Shown here: positions 10,066 to 18,353 of the stretch, one piece after another
Numbering within the stretch: the stretch's first letter is position 1
Layout of the letters: each line of letters starts with the position of its first letter
NCBI GenBank assembly: GCA_032122215.1
Contig: JAUMCZ010000031.1
Span: forward strand, 7,131-71,130
Length of the DNA: 64,000 nt
From: Caulobacter sp.
GTDB lineage: Bacteria; Pseudomonadota; Alphaproteobacteria; Caulobacterales; Caulobacteraceae
Direction: 5' to 3'
The notes under the pieces: generated by a model
What the model was told of the DNA's origin: nothing
Databases searched by the model: none
What the model saw: the letters and a program-made list of their open reading frames with translations, nothing else
Position numbers and translations under genes: made by a program

Positions 10066-10113
10066 GCACCATATCTTGTGGATGACACCGCGCCGCACCC
10101 CATCATCTATTGC
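10066..10113 (+). promoter_or_regulatory. Tandem NrdR-box-like sites with an overlapping DnaA-box-like site upstream of the NrdJ-like gene
   Basis: GCACCATATCTTGTGG (10066-10081) fits acaCwAtATaTwGtg; weaker copy 32 bp downstream (10098-10113); TGTGGATGA (10077-10085) is TCATCCACA on the minus strand. Confidence 0.6.
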
Positions 10114-10167
10114 TCAAGCCCTATCCGCGCCCTACCCTGCCCGCGTTAGCGTGGGAGCGGCGGACGT

Positions 10168-12708
10168 ATGCGTTTCGAGCGACGGCGAGCCAAGGCCGCG
10201 GGGCCGGAAGTCGAGCTTCGCACCCTGGAGGGGGCGAGCGCCCTCACTGGCGTGCTAGCGCCCATCAGCTGGCCGAGCGCCCGCGTCCAGGCCTGGGCTG
10301 ACTGGGCCGACACGCTGGCCGATCCCGCGGCGGCGCAAGACCTGCCCAACGTCCTCAGCCAACCCCTGACCCCCATCGGCCTTCTTGGCGGCGGCCCTGC
10401 CCGCAAGGCGCAGGACCTGGCCGGCAAGGGCTGGACCGCCGGCCTGTTCGCCCGACCCACCGACGCCGGCGCCTTCCGTGACGAGCTGTTCGCCCTGATG
10501 AGCCACGGGGTGGTCGCCCTGGCCGGCGCACGGCGACCCGCGCCCGTCCCGGTGATCGATCTCGCCACGCCCGACTCCGACCGCGCCCTGGCCGCCTTCG
10601 CCGCCGATATCGCCGCCCACGACCTGACCCGGCCGGCCCTGCGCACCCTGACCGAGCGCCTCGCCGCCGTCAGCGACGCCGTCCGCCGCTGCGAGGGCGA
10701 CGCCGCCGCCTGTGCCGATCCGACCGCCAACCCGGCGCTGGCCCGCATGGCGCGCGCCGCCCGCGCCGCCGGAGCCAGCGACGCCGCCATCAGCGACGCC
10801 ATCGGGGCGGGCCTGTGCGGCCTTGCCACCGCGCCGCAGGCCGCCGAGGCGCCCGCTCGCCCTGCCGTCATCCTTCAGGCCGCCGACGATGCCCACACCG
10901 GCCGCGAACGTGAGCTGGCCGCTCTCGGCTGGCGCACCGGCGCCGCTACACTGGCCCTGACCGCCGAAGACGCCGCCGCCCTGTCGGCTCGCGCCGCCGG
11001 CCCGGTCGCCGCCCTCGATCTGCTCGCCTTCCAGCGGGGTCAGACCTTCGACATGGCGGGCTTCGAGGCCGCCGCCCGCCTGCTGGCCGCAGCCGTCCGC
11101 CTCGACGCCGGCCCGGACGGCCCGGCAACCCTGACCCTTGCCAATACCGCCGCCCTGATCGTCGCCCGAGGCCTGGCCTACGACAGCGACGAGGCCCGCG
11201 ACCTGGCCGCCGACCTGTGGAGCCGCGCCGCCTCGGCCGCCCGCGGCCTCGCCGACGTCGCCCCGCATGAGGACGCCGAACTCCAGCTGCGCCTCGGCGC
11301 AGCCTCGATGGCCGCCGCCCCCTGGTCCGGCCCGCTCACCATCGCCGAGACCGAAGACGGCGAAACCCTGCGCGTGATCGCCGAGCCGGCCCTCGATGCG
11401 CTCGCCTGTCTTGGCGAAGACCCCGACGCCCTGCGCCTGGCCCTGCTCGGCCACCGCGACTTCGCCGAAGCCCCGCATATCAACAGCGCTTCCCTGGCGG
11501 CCCTGGGCTTCACCGTCCTCGAGACCGAGTCCATCCAGGCCGTCCTGCCCCTGGTCACCGACCTGCGCGACGCCTTCAGCCCGCTGGTCGTCGGCGAGGG
11601 CTTCCTGCGCGACATTCTCGGCGCCGATCCGGAAGCCCTGCGCCGTCCCGGCTTCGACACGCTCGGGCTGGCCGGCTTCACCGACCGCCAGATCGCCGAG
11701 GCGGGCGCCTGGGTCCTTGGCTCCGCAAGCCTCGACCTGGCAAGCGACCTCTCGCCCGCCGCCCGCGCCATCCTGGATCCTGAGCAGCCCTTCGCCGCCC
11801 GCCTGGCCCTGCACGCCGCCATCGAGGACGCCTGCGGCCACGCCGGGGCGCTGCGCCTGCCGCTCAGCTTCACCGCCCTGCCCTCCGAAGCGGTCCTGCT
11901 CCAGGCCCAGGCGCTCGCCGCCGGGGTCCGGGCCCTGCGGCTGGACCGCGCCGGTCCTCCGCTTGCGTTCAATCTCGCCATCCCGGACGAGGCCGCCCCC
12001 GAAGCGCCGCGCGCCGCGCCGGCCCAGGAGCGCATCATCGAGCGCGTGGTCGAACGCGACCGCACCCGCCGCAAGCTTCCCGACCGCCGCAAGGGCTACA
12101 TCCAGAAGGCGGCCGTCGGCGGCCACAAGGTCTACCTGCACACCGGCGAGTACGACGACGGCGAGCTGGGCGAGATCTTCATCGACATGCACAAGGAGGG
12201 CGCCGCCTTCCGCAGTGTGATGAACAACTTCGCCATCGCCATCAGCATCGGCCTGCAATACGGCGTGCCGCTCGAGGAGTTCGTCGACGCCTTCGTCTTC
12301 ACCCGCTTCGAGCCCGCCGGCCCGGTGACCGGCAACGACACCATCCGCTCAGCCACCTCCATCCTCGACTACGTCTTCCGCGAACTGGGGGTCAGCTATC
12401 TGGGCCGCAACGATCTCTCCAACGCCGACGGCGAGGAGCTCAACGCCGATGGCCTCGGCCGCGGAAAGGCCGACGACGCCCTGACCAGCGAAGCCGAACC
12501 CCAGCCCGCCAGCCGCTTTATCTCCAAGGGCTTCTCCAGGGGCGCCGCCCCGGATAACCTGGTCTTCCTGCCCTTCGGCAAGCGCCCGGGCGAGGTGATG
12601 ACCGACCACCCCCGCGCCGCCAGTGTCTGCCCCTCCTGCGGCGATCAGTCGGTGTTCAGCGGTGTCTGCGACACCTGCGGCGTGGTGATCGAGCAGAACG
12701 CCCGTTAA
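10168..12708 (+). CDS. Class II ribonucleotide reductase (NrdJ)-like protein with degenerate catalytic barrel, intact TSCPD domain and C-terminal Zn ribbon
   Basis: C-terminal [11 protein letters not shown]...[12 protein letters not shown]...[13 protein letters not shown]...[11 protein letters not shown]...FTRFEPAG is typical of alphaproteobacterial NrdJ; CPSC/CDTC ribbon; no NPCxE motif. Confidence 0.85.
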   Translation: MRFERRRAKAAGPEVELRTLEGASALTGVLAPISWPSARVQAWADWADTLADPAAAQDLPNVLSQPLTPIGLLGGGPARKAQDLAGKGWTAGLFARPTDAGAFRDELFALMSHGVVALAGARRPAPVPVIDLATPDSDRALAAFAADIAAHDLTRPALRTLTERLAAVSDAVRRCEGDAAACADPTANPALARMARAARAAGASDAAISDAIGAGLCGLATAPQAAEAPARPAVILQAADDAHTGRERELAALGWRTGAATLALTAEDAAALSARAAGPVAALDLLAFQRGQTFDMAGFEAAARLLAAAVRLDAGPDGPATLTLANTAALIVARGLAYDSDEARDLAADLWSRAASAARGLADVAPHEDAELQLRLGAASMAAAPWSGPLTIAETEDGETLRVIAEPALDALACLGEDPDALRLALLGHRDFAEAPHINSASLAALGFTVLETESIQAVLPLVTDLRDAFSPLVVGEGFLRDILGADPEALRRPGFDTLGLAGFTDRQIAEAGAWVLGSASLDLASDLSPAARAILDPEQPFAARLALHAAIEDACGHAGALRLPLSFTALPSEAVLLQAQALAAGVRALRLDRAGPPLAFNLAIPDEAAPEAPRAAPAQERIIERVVERDRTRRKLPDRRKGYIQKAAVGGHKVYLHTGEYDDGELGEIFIDMHKEGAAFRSVMNNFAIAISIGLQYGVPLEEFVDAFVFTRFEPAGPVTGNDTIRSATSILDYVFRELGVSYLGRNDLSNADGEELNADGLGRGKADDALTSEAEPQPASRFISKGFSRGAAPDNLVFLPFGKRPGEVMTDHPRAASVCPSCGDQSVFSGVCDTCGVVIEQNAR

Positions 12709-12744
12709 CCGAACAAAGACCCCTTCCATGGCAGGGTTTCGCCC

Positions 12745-13230
12745 ATGAAACGCCTCGCCCTGCTCATCCTCGTGGCCGCCGCCCTCGCGGGCCCCGCGAC
12801 CGCCCAGAACGCCGGCCAGATCGCCCGCGTGCGCGGCGGGGCCAGCTGCCCCGGCTGCAACCTCTTCCAGGCCGATTTCATGGGCATGGAACGCAGCGGC
12901 CTCAACTTCCGCAAGGCCCGCCTGCGCCAGGCCACCCTGACCGCCGTGGTCATGAATCGCGCCAACTTCGCCGGCGCCGACCTGCGCGACGCCGACGCCT
13001 CGGCGGCGACCTTCTCGGGCGCCAGCTTCGCCGGGGCCAATCTGACCAACGCCAACTTCGTCGGCAGCTACCTGCAGGGCGCCAACTTCAGCGGCGCCAA
13101 CCTCTCCGGCACGGTCTTCTCCGGGGCCGAGATGGACCGCGCCGTCGGCCTCACGCAACGCCAGCTTGACCAGGCCTGCGGTGACGAGACCACGCGCCTG
13201 CCGAGGGGTCTGCGGATCCCCCGGTGCTGA
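12745..13230 (+). CDS. Exported pentapeptide-repeat protein
   Basis: Signal peptide; CPGCNL cap; A(N/D)(L/F)xx repeats; C-terminal AC...TRLPRGL..PRC. Confidence 0.9.
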   Translation: MKRLALLILVAAALAGPATAQNAGQIARVRGGASCPGCNLFQADFMGMERSGLNFRKARLRQATLTAVVMNRANFAGADLRDADASAATFSGASFAGANLTNANFVGSYLQGANFSGANLSGTVFSGAEMDRAVGLTQRQLDQACGDETTRLPRGLRIPRC

Positions 13231-13320
13231 TTGAAACGGGCTGACCCGGAACCGGGAAAACCCAATCCTTACCGCGAATTAAGTGGCGCCCCTTCGGCGC
13301 GTGGGCCACATCTGATCTCG

Positions 13321-14181
13321 ATGAACAAGCTCGCTGTCGCCCTCTCCGCTTTCACGCTTCTGGCCGCCGCCGCCGGCGCGGCAGAGGCGAGGATCGTTGC
13401 GAACGAGAAGGACATTCCGCGCCAGCTGTCGTTCGGCGGCGCCTGCCGCCAGTGCGACCTGTCGGGCAAAAAGCTGGTCAACGCCCGCTTCACCGGAGCC
13501 GATTTCGGCGGCGCGACCATGGTCCGGGCCGACCTGCGCGGAGCCAGTTTCGTCGGCTCCAACTTCCAGGGCGCCCGTCTCGCCGACGCCGATCTCTCGG
13601 GGGCCGAGATGATGGGCTCCAACTTCTCCTACGCCGATTTCACCGGCGCTGAACTCGACGGCATCGAGGGCGCCGGCGCCGTCTTCCAGAAGGCGAACTT
13701 CACCCGCGCCAGCTTCGAGGGCGCCGAACTGCCGGCGGTGAATTTCCAGGGCGCCAAGCTGGTCTCGACCAGCTTTCGCGGCGCGGAACTGCCCCACGCG
13801 ATCATGACCCAGGTCCAGGCGACCGGAGCCAGTTTCCGTGACGCCGAACTGGTCGGCGCCAAGCTGATCAGCGCGACCTTTACCGACGCAAACTTCCGCG
13901 ACGCCGATCTGACCGGCGCCATGCTTTTGCGGTCGACCTTCAACAACGCCGATTTCCGCGATGCCGACCTGACGAACGCCAGCCTGTTCGGCGCCGACCT
14001 CAGCAAGGCCCGCAACCTGACCCAGCATCAGGTCAACGAGGCCTGCTCGGATAACAGCACCAGGCTGCCGAACGGCCTGACCCCGCGCCTGTGCAAAGGT
14101 CGCCGGATGGTGGTGTTCAAGACCCCGGCCCCGCCCGAGCCGCCTGAACCACCGAGGGCGCCGAGGCAGGCTCAGCGCTAG
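13321..14181 (+). CDS. Exported pentapeptide-repeat protein (long)
   Basis: Signal peptide MNKLAVALS; CRQCDL cap; about 35 pentapeptide repeats; AC...TRLPNGL...C; Pro-rich tail. Confidence 0.9.
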   Translation: MNKLAVALSAFTLLAAAAGAAEARIVANEKDIPRQLSFGGACRQCDLSGKKLVNARFTGADFGGATMVRADLRGASFVGSNFQGARLADADLSGAEMMGSNFSYADFTGAELDGIEGAGAVFQKANFTRASFEGAELPAVNFQGAKLVSTSFRGAELPHAIMTQVQATGASFRDAELVGAKLISATFTDANFRDADLTGAMLLRSTFNNADFRDADLTNASLFGADLSKARNLTQHQVNEACSDNSTRLPNGLTPRLCKGRRMVVFKTPAPPEPPEPPRAPRQAQR

Positions 14182-14196
14182 GTCGCGATCCAAGAC

Positions 14197-14230
14197 AAAC
14201 GGCCGCCTCCTGCGAGGCGGCCGTTTTCTT
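14197..14230. terminator. Probable bidirectional intrinsic terminator
   Basis: AAACGGCCGCCTC-ctgc-GAGGCGGCCGTTT followed by T-rich tract, between convergent genes. Confidence 0.8.
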
Positions 14231-14251
14231 GTGCCCGGCGTGATGCGCCGA

Positions 14252-16030
14252 TCAGGCCTTGAGCGGCGGGTTCAGGCGAATGTGCAGTTCTTTCAACTGC
14301 TTCTCCGACACTTCCGACGGCGCGCTCATCAGCAGATCCTGCCCCTGCTGGTTCAGCGGGAAGGCGATGACCTCGCGGATGGCCGTCTGGCCGGCCAGCA
14401 GCATGACGATGCGGTCGATGCCCGGCGCCAGGCCCCCGTGCGGCGGCGCGCCGTAGCGGAAGGCGTTCAGCATGCCGCCGAACTGTTCCTCGACGACGTC
14501 GGCGCCATAGCCGGCGATCTCGAAGGCCTTGAGCATGATCTCCGGCTTGTGGTTCCGGATCGCGCCCGAGCACAGCTCGTAGCCGTTGCAGACGATGTCG
14601 TACTGGTAGGCGAGAATATCGAGCGGGCTCTTGGTTTCGAGCGCTTCCAGCTCGCCCTGCGGCATCGAGAAGGGGTTGTGGCTGAAGTCGACCTTCTTCT
14701 CTTCGTCCGACCATTCGAACATCGGGAAATCGACGATCCAGCAGAACTCGAACGTCCCCTCGTCGATCAGCTTCAGCTCCGTGCCCACGCGGGTGCGGGC
14801 AGAGCCGGCGAACTTGTAGAAGACGCCCGGATCGCCGGCCACGAAGAAGGCGGCGTCGCCTTCGCCCAGGCCCAGACCGGTCATCAGGGCCTGGGTCTTC
14901 TCTTCACCCAGGTTCTTGGCGATCGGCCCGCCCCAGGCGTTCTGATCAGCGCTCCAGAAGATGTAGCCGAGGCCCGGCTGGCCCTCGCCCTGGGCCCAGC
15001 TGTTCATGCGGTCGCAGAAGGCGCGCGAACCGCCGCCCGGCGCCGGCACGGCCCAGACGGCGTTCTTCTCGGTTTCCAGGATGCGGGCGAAGAGGCCGAA
15101 GCCGCCGCCGCGGAAGTGTTCCGAGACGTCCGACATCTTGATCGGGTTGCGGGTGTCGGGCTTGTCCGAGCCGTACCAGGCGATGGCGTCACGGTAAGGG
15201 ATGCGCGGGAACGGATAGGGCGTCACCGACTTGCCGTCGGCGAACTCCTCGAAGACGCCATGCATCACCGGCTCGATGGCCGCGAACACGTCTTCCTGGG
15301 TGACGAAGCTCATTTCGACGTCGAGCTGGTAGAATTCCAGGCTGCGGTCGGCGCGCAGGTCCTCGTCGCGGAAACAGGGGGCGATCTGGAAGTAGCGGTC
15401 GAAACCGGAAACCATCAGCAGCTGCTTGAACTGCTGCGGGGCCTGCGGCAGCGCGTAGAACTTGCTGGGGTGCAGCCGCGACGGCACCAGGAAGTCGCGC
15501 GCGCCTTCCGGCGACGAGGCGGTCAGGATCGGCGTCTGGTACTCGAGGAAGCCCTGGCCGACCATCCGCTTGCGGATGCTGTCGATGACCTTGGAGCGCA
15601 GGATGATGTTCTTGTGCAGGGTCTCGCGACGCAGGTCGAGGTAGCGGTGCTTGAGGCGAATTTCCTCGGGATAGTCGGGCTCGCCGAACACCGGCAGCGG
15701 CAGCTCGGCCGCTTCCGACAGCACCTCGACCGAGGTGACCCGCACTTCGACTTCGCCGGTGCCGAGGTTGGCGTTGATGGTCTCGGCCGAGCGGGCGACG
15801 ACTTCACCGTCCACGCGGATGACGCTCTCGGCGCGCAGCCGCTCGACGGCATCGAAACCGGGCGTGCCCGGGTGCAGGACCAGCTGGGTCAGGCCGTAAT
15901 GGTCGCGCAGGTCGATGAACAGCAGGCCGCCGTGGTCACGCTTGCGATGGATCCAGCCGGACAGGCGCACCGTGGCGCCGGTGTCGGTGGCGCGCAGGGC
16001 GCCGCAGGTATGGGTGCGATAGGCGTGCAT
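14252..16030 (-). CDS. aspS: Aspartate--tRNA ligase
   Basis: [57 protein letters not shown]. Confidence 0.97.
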   Translation of the reverse strand: MHAYRTHTCGALRATDTGATVRLSGWIHRKRDHGGLLFIDLRDHYGLTQLVLHPGTPGFDAVERLRAESVIRVDGEVVARSAETINANLGTGEVEVRVTSVEVLSEAAELPLPVFGEPDYPEEIRLKHRYLDLRRETLHKNIILRSKVIDSIRKRMVGQGFLEYQTPILTASSPEGARDFLVPSRLHPSKFYALPQAPQQFKQLLMVSGFDRYFQIAPCFRDEDLRADRSLEFYQLDVEMSFVTQEDVFAAIEPVMHGVFEEFADGKSVTPYPFPRIPYRDAIAWYGSDKPDTRNPIKMSDVSEHFRGGGFGLFARILETEKNAVWAVPAPGGGSRAFCDRMNSWAQGEGQPGLGYIFWSADQNAWGGPIAKNLGEEKTQALMTGLGLGEGDAAFFVAGDPGVFYKFAGSARTRVGTELKLIDEGTFEFCWIVDFPMFEWSDEEKKVDFSHNPFSMPQGELEALETKSPLDILAYQYDIVCNGYELCSGAIRNHKPEIMLKAFEIAGYGADVVEEQFGGMLNAFRYGAPPHGGLAPGIDRIVMLLAGQTAIREVIAFPLNQQGQDLLMSAPSEVSEKQLKELHIRLNPPLKA

Positions 16031-16110
16031 GAATCTGTGCTTTGGAGTCGGAATTTCGAGAGGCGCGGAAGGGCGCATGAGGGCCTTGGAAAGTCAAGGC
16101 AAACGGCGTT

Positions 16111-16398
16111 TCAGTCGGTGCTTTCGACCAGCGCCCAGACGATCTTCGGCACCGCGAAGGAGACCCCCTCCCCCTGGTTCCAGTGCGCCTCCGGGTTCCA
16201 GATCCAGTCCCCGCCGCCCTCGACCCAATCGGTCGCCAGCCGCGCCTTCACGGCCTCGAGGTCAAGGTCGCTGAAGGTCGGCGTCACCTCGATCCAGCCC
16301 TCTTCCTTGTAGTAGGGCTCGACCAGCAGGCTCTTCACTGTCGCCACGCCATCGAGCGCCGCCAGAAGGTCGCGGGCGACGTCGAGCGCATCGCTCAT
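16111..16398 (-). CDS. Small hypothetical protein (95 aa)
   Basis: Open frame with GC3-biased codons between aspS and the methyltransferase; no recognised motif. Confidence 0.55.
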   Translation of the reverse strand: MSDALDVARDLLAALDGVATVKSLLVEPYYKEEGWIEVTPTFSDLDLEAVKARLATDWVEGGGDWIWNPEAHWNQGEGVSFAVPKIVWALVESTD

Positions 16399-16485
16399 GG
16401 TGGCGACCCTGGCGAAGCTGCGCAGGTATCCTTGAGGCATGTTTCCCCCGTTGCGCCGGGCGGCGAAGCCGGATCATCTGGCCGC

Positions 16486-17205
16486 ATGTCCGAAGACCTC
16501 TATGACCCCCGGTTCGTCAAGGCCGTCTTCGACCGTTGTTCGGACCGCTACATCGCTTTCAGCTACATCTGCTCGATGGGTTTCACCGAGCGGTGGCGGC
16601 GTCAGTGCGTGGCGCTGATGCCGGTTCCGGCCGTGGCTGCGCCTAGCGGCTACGACTTCATGGCTGGAACCGGCGAGGTCTGGCCGCATCTGCTGAAGCG
16701 GTTCCCGGGCCTTGGCGCCATCACCGCCGTCGATATCTCCTCGGGCATGCACCGGCGGGCGCTGGAGCGGCTGCACGCGATGCGGGCCCAAAAGATCGCC
16801 TTCATCGAGGACGACCTGCTGGCCAGCGACCTGCCCTCCGACAGCGCCGACTTCGTGGTGGCGACTTTCGGGCTGAAGACCTTCAATCCCGAGCAGCATG
16901 GGCGGCTGGCGAAGCTGACGGCGCGGGTGCTGAAGCCGGGCGGGGTGTTTTCCATGGTCGAGGCCTCCGATCCCAAGGGGTGGTGGCTGCGGCCGCTGTA
17001 CCGGCTGCATCTGTTGGTCGTGCTGCCGCTGATCGAGCGGCTGTTCCTGCGGGGCGCGCAGGATTTTGCGATGATCGGGACCTACAGCAGCAATTTCGGC
17101 GACGCGTCCGGGCTGGCGGAGATGATGCGGGCCGAGGGGCTGGAGGTCACCTATCACCGGCTGTTCTTCGGCTGCGCTACGGCGGTGTCCGGTCGGAAGC
17201 ACTAG
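16486..17205 (+). CDS. Class I SAM-dependent methyltransferase (UbiE-like)
   Basis: DFMAGTGE motif I variant, AVDISSGM, DFVVATFGLK, LKPGGVF. Confidence 0.8.
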   Translation: MSEDLYDPRFVKAVFDRCSDRYIAFSYICSMGFTERWRRQCVALMPVPAVAAPSGYDFMAGTGEVWPHLLKRFPGLGAITAVDISSGMHRRALERLHAMRAQKIAFIEDDLLASDLPSDSADFVVATFGLKTFNPEQHGRLAKLTARVLKPGGVFSMVEASDPKGWWLRPLYRLHLLVVLPLIERLFLRGAQDFAMIGTYSSNFGDASGLAEMMRAEGLEVTYHRLFFGCATAVSGRKH

Positions 17206-17430
17206 CGAAGCGGGGACCAGTATAGCACGGGGGCGGCGGCCTCTAGGACTTTAATCTCAATAAATCAATTAGATACATAGACATGCAGCCAACCATCTGA
17301 CGACATCCGTCGACCAGAAAGACGACAAAAAGTCACCCGCGAGACAACACAAACCAGCCCGAAACCCAACCGGCCGGACGCCAATCAGCGTAGGTGACCG
17401 AAAGCCGGCGAGCTCAGAGCCCCTAAACGC

Positions 17431-17456
17431 GATGAATATGTCTAGACATATTCATC
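17431..17456. promoter_or_regulatory. 26-bp perfect palindrome of unknown function, copy 1
   Basis: GATGAATATGTCTAGACATATTCATC; near-identical copy at 52363. Confidence 0.6.
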
Positions 17457-17475
17457 AGAGGCGCCGTTAAGCCTG

Positions 17476-17484
17476 TTGTCCACA
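17476..17484 (+). promoter_or_regulatory. DnaA box upstream of hdaA
   Basis: TTGTCCACA, one mismatch to TTATCCACA; hdaA is a known DnaA-activated gene in Caulobacter. Confidence 0.7.
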
Positions 17485-17560
17485 GGCGGCGACCGGTTCT
17501 CCCCCGCCCTGCCCCGTCCCTGCGGTGACCGCCGCGCGGGGGCTTGCTAGAACCCCTGCC

Positions 17561-18226
17561 GTGACCGCCGCCCAGTTCCGACTGCCGTTCGAGCCCGCGA
17601 CCAGCTGGACGCGTGACGCCTTCGTGCTGTCGGACGCCAATCGCTCGGCGGTGATGGCGCTCGACGACTGGGCCAGCCTTGGCCGCGGCGCCCTGGCCCT
17701 GATCGGTCCGGCCGGCAGCGGCAAGACCCATCTGGCCCAGACCTGGGCCGACGCCAACGGGGCCCAGCTGGTCTTCCCCGGTCGCACGCCGGGCCTGGAC
17801 GGCTCCGGCCCCATCCTCATCGAGGACGCCGACCTTCTGGGACAGGACGAGGCCGTCTTTCACCTGCTGAATCAGGCCCAGGCCGGCCGCGCCGTGCTGC
17901 TGACCGGGCGCGAGCGTCCGCTGGCCTGGCCGACCGCCCTGGCCGACCTGCGCTCGCGCTACAACGCCCTGCCCGTGGCCGAGATCGATCCGCCGGACGA
18001 CGCCCAGCTGCGCGCGGTGCTGGAGGCGTTGTTCAAGGCCCGCCACATCAAGCCGGACGATGATCTGTATCCCTACCTGTTGAGCCGCATGGAACGGTCG
18101 GTGTCGGCGGCGCGCATCCTGGCGGCGAAGATGGATGAAGTGGCGGCGTCACGCGGACGGGCGATCAACCGGGCCCTGGCCCGCGAGCTGCTGGACGAGA
18201 CCTCGGACCTGTTCGAGGAGGTCTAG
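17561..18226 (+). CDS. hdaA: DnaA regulatory inactivator HdaA
   Basis: N-terminal clamp-binding motif QFRLPF, Walker A GPAGSGKTHL, DLRSR, RMERS; start either GTG 17561 or GTG 17525. Confidence 0.9.
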   Translation: MTAAQFRLPFEPATSWTRDAFVLSDANRSAVMALDDWASLGRGALALIGPAGSGKTHLAQTWADANGAQLVFPGRTPGLDGSGPILIEDADLLGQDEAVFHLLNQAQAGRAVLLTGRERPLAWPTALADLRSRYNALPVAEIDPPDDAQLRAVLEALFKARHIKPDDDLYPYLLSRMERSVSAARILAAKMDEVAASRGRAINRALARELLDETSDLFEEV

Positions 18227-18353
18227 GTCCCAGCCCGACCTCCCGAAGACACCGCCTTGGGGAGATTGCCGGATTTGGCAGGAACGGGACGCACTCGGTT
18301 GAAACTGTCACGACCATGCGCCAAAGGTCGGCGAAACCGCCTATAGAGTCCCG

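Noticed and set aside
10168-12060. The NrdJ-like gene as a decaying pseudogene
   Set aside because: No stops or frameshifts over 846 codons, host-like GC3 bias and retained upstream boxes. It is treated as a functional CDS pending dN/dS.
12745-14181. Qnr-like quinolone-resistance genes
   Set aside because: Both proteins have signal peptides and disulfide-type caps, which is inconsistent with cytoplasmic gyrase protection.
17431-17456. Palindrome as dif, parS or protelomerase target
   Set aside because: It does not match XerCD dif arms or TGTTTCACGTGAAACA, and no resolvase gene is in view. It is left as unknown.
18294-18311. Pho box upstream of ppk1 (CTCGGTT-GAAA-CTGTCAC)
   Set aside because: Only one convincing half-site, positioned further upstream than usual. 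Plausible biologically but not supportable from sequence alone.
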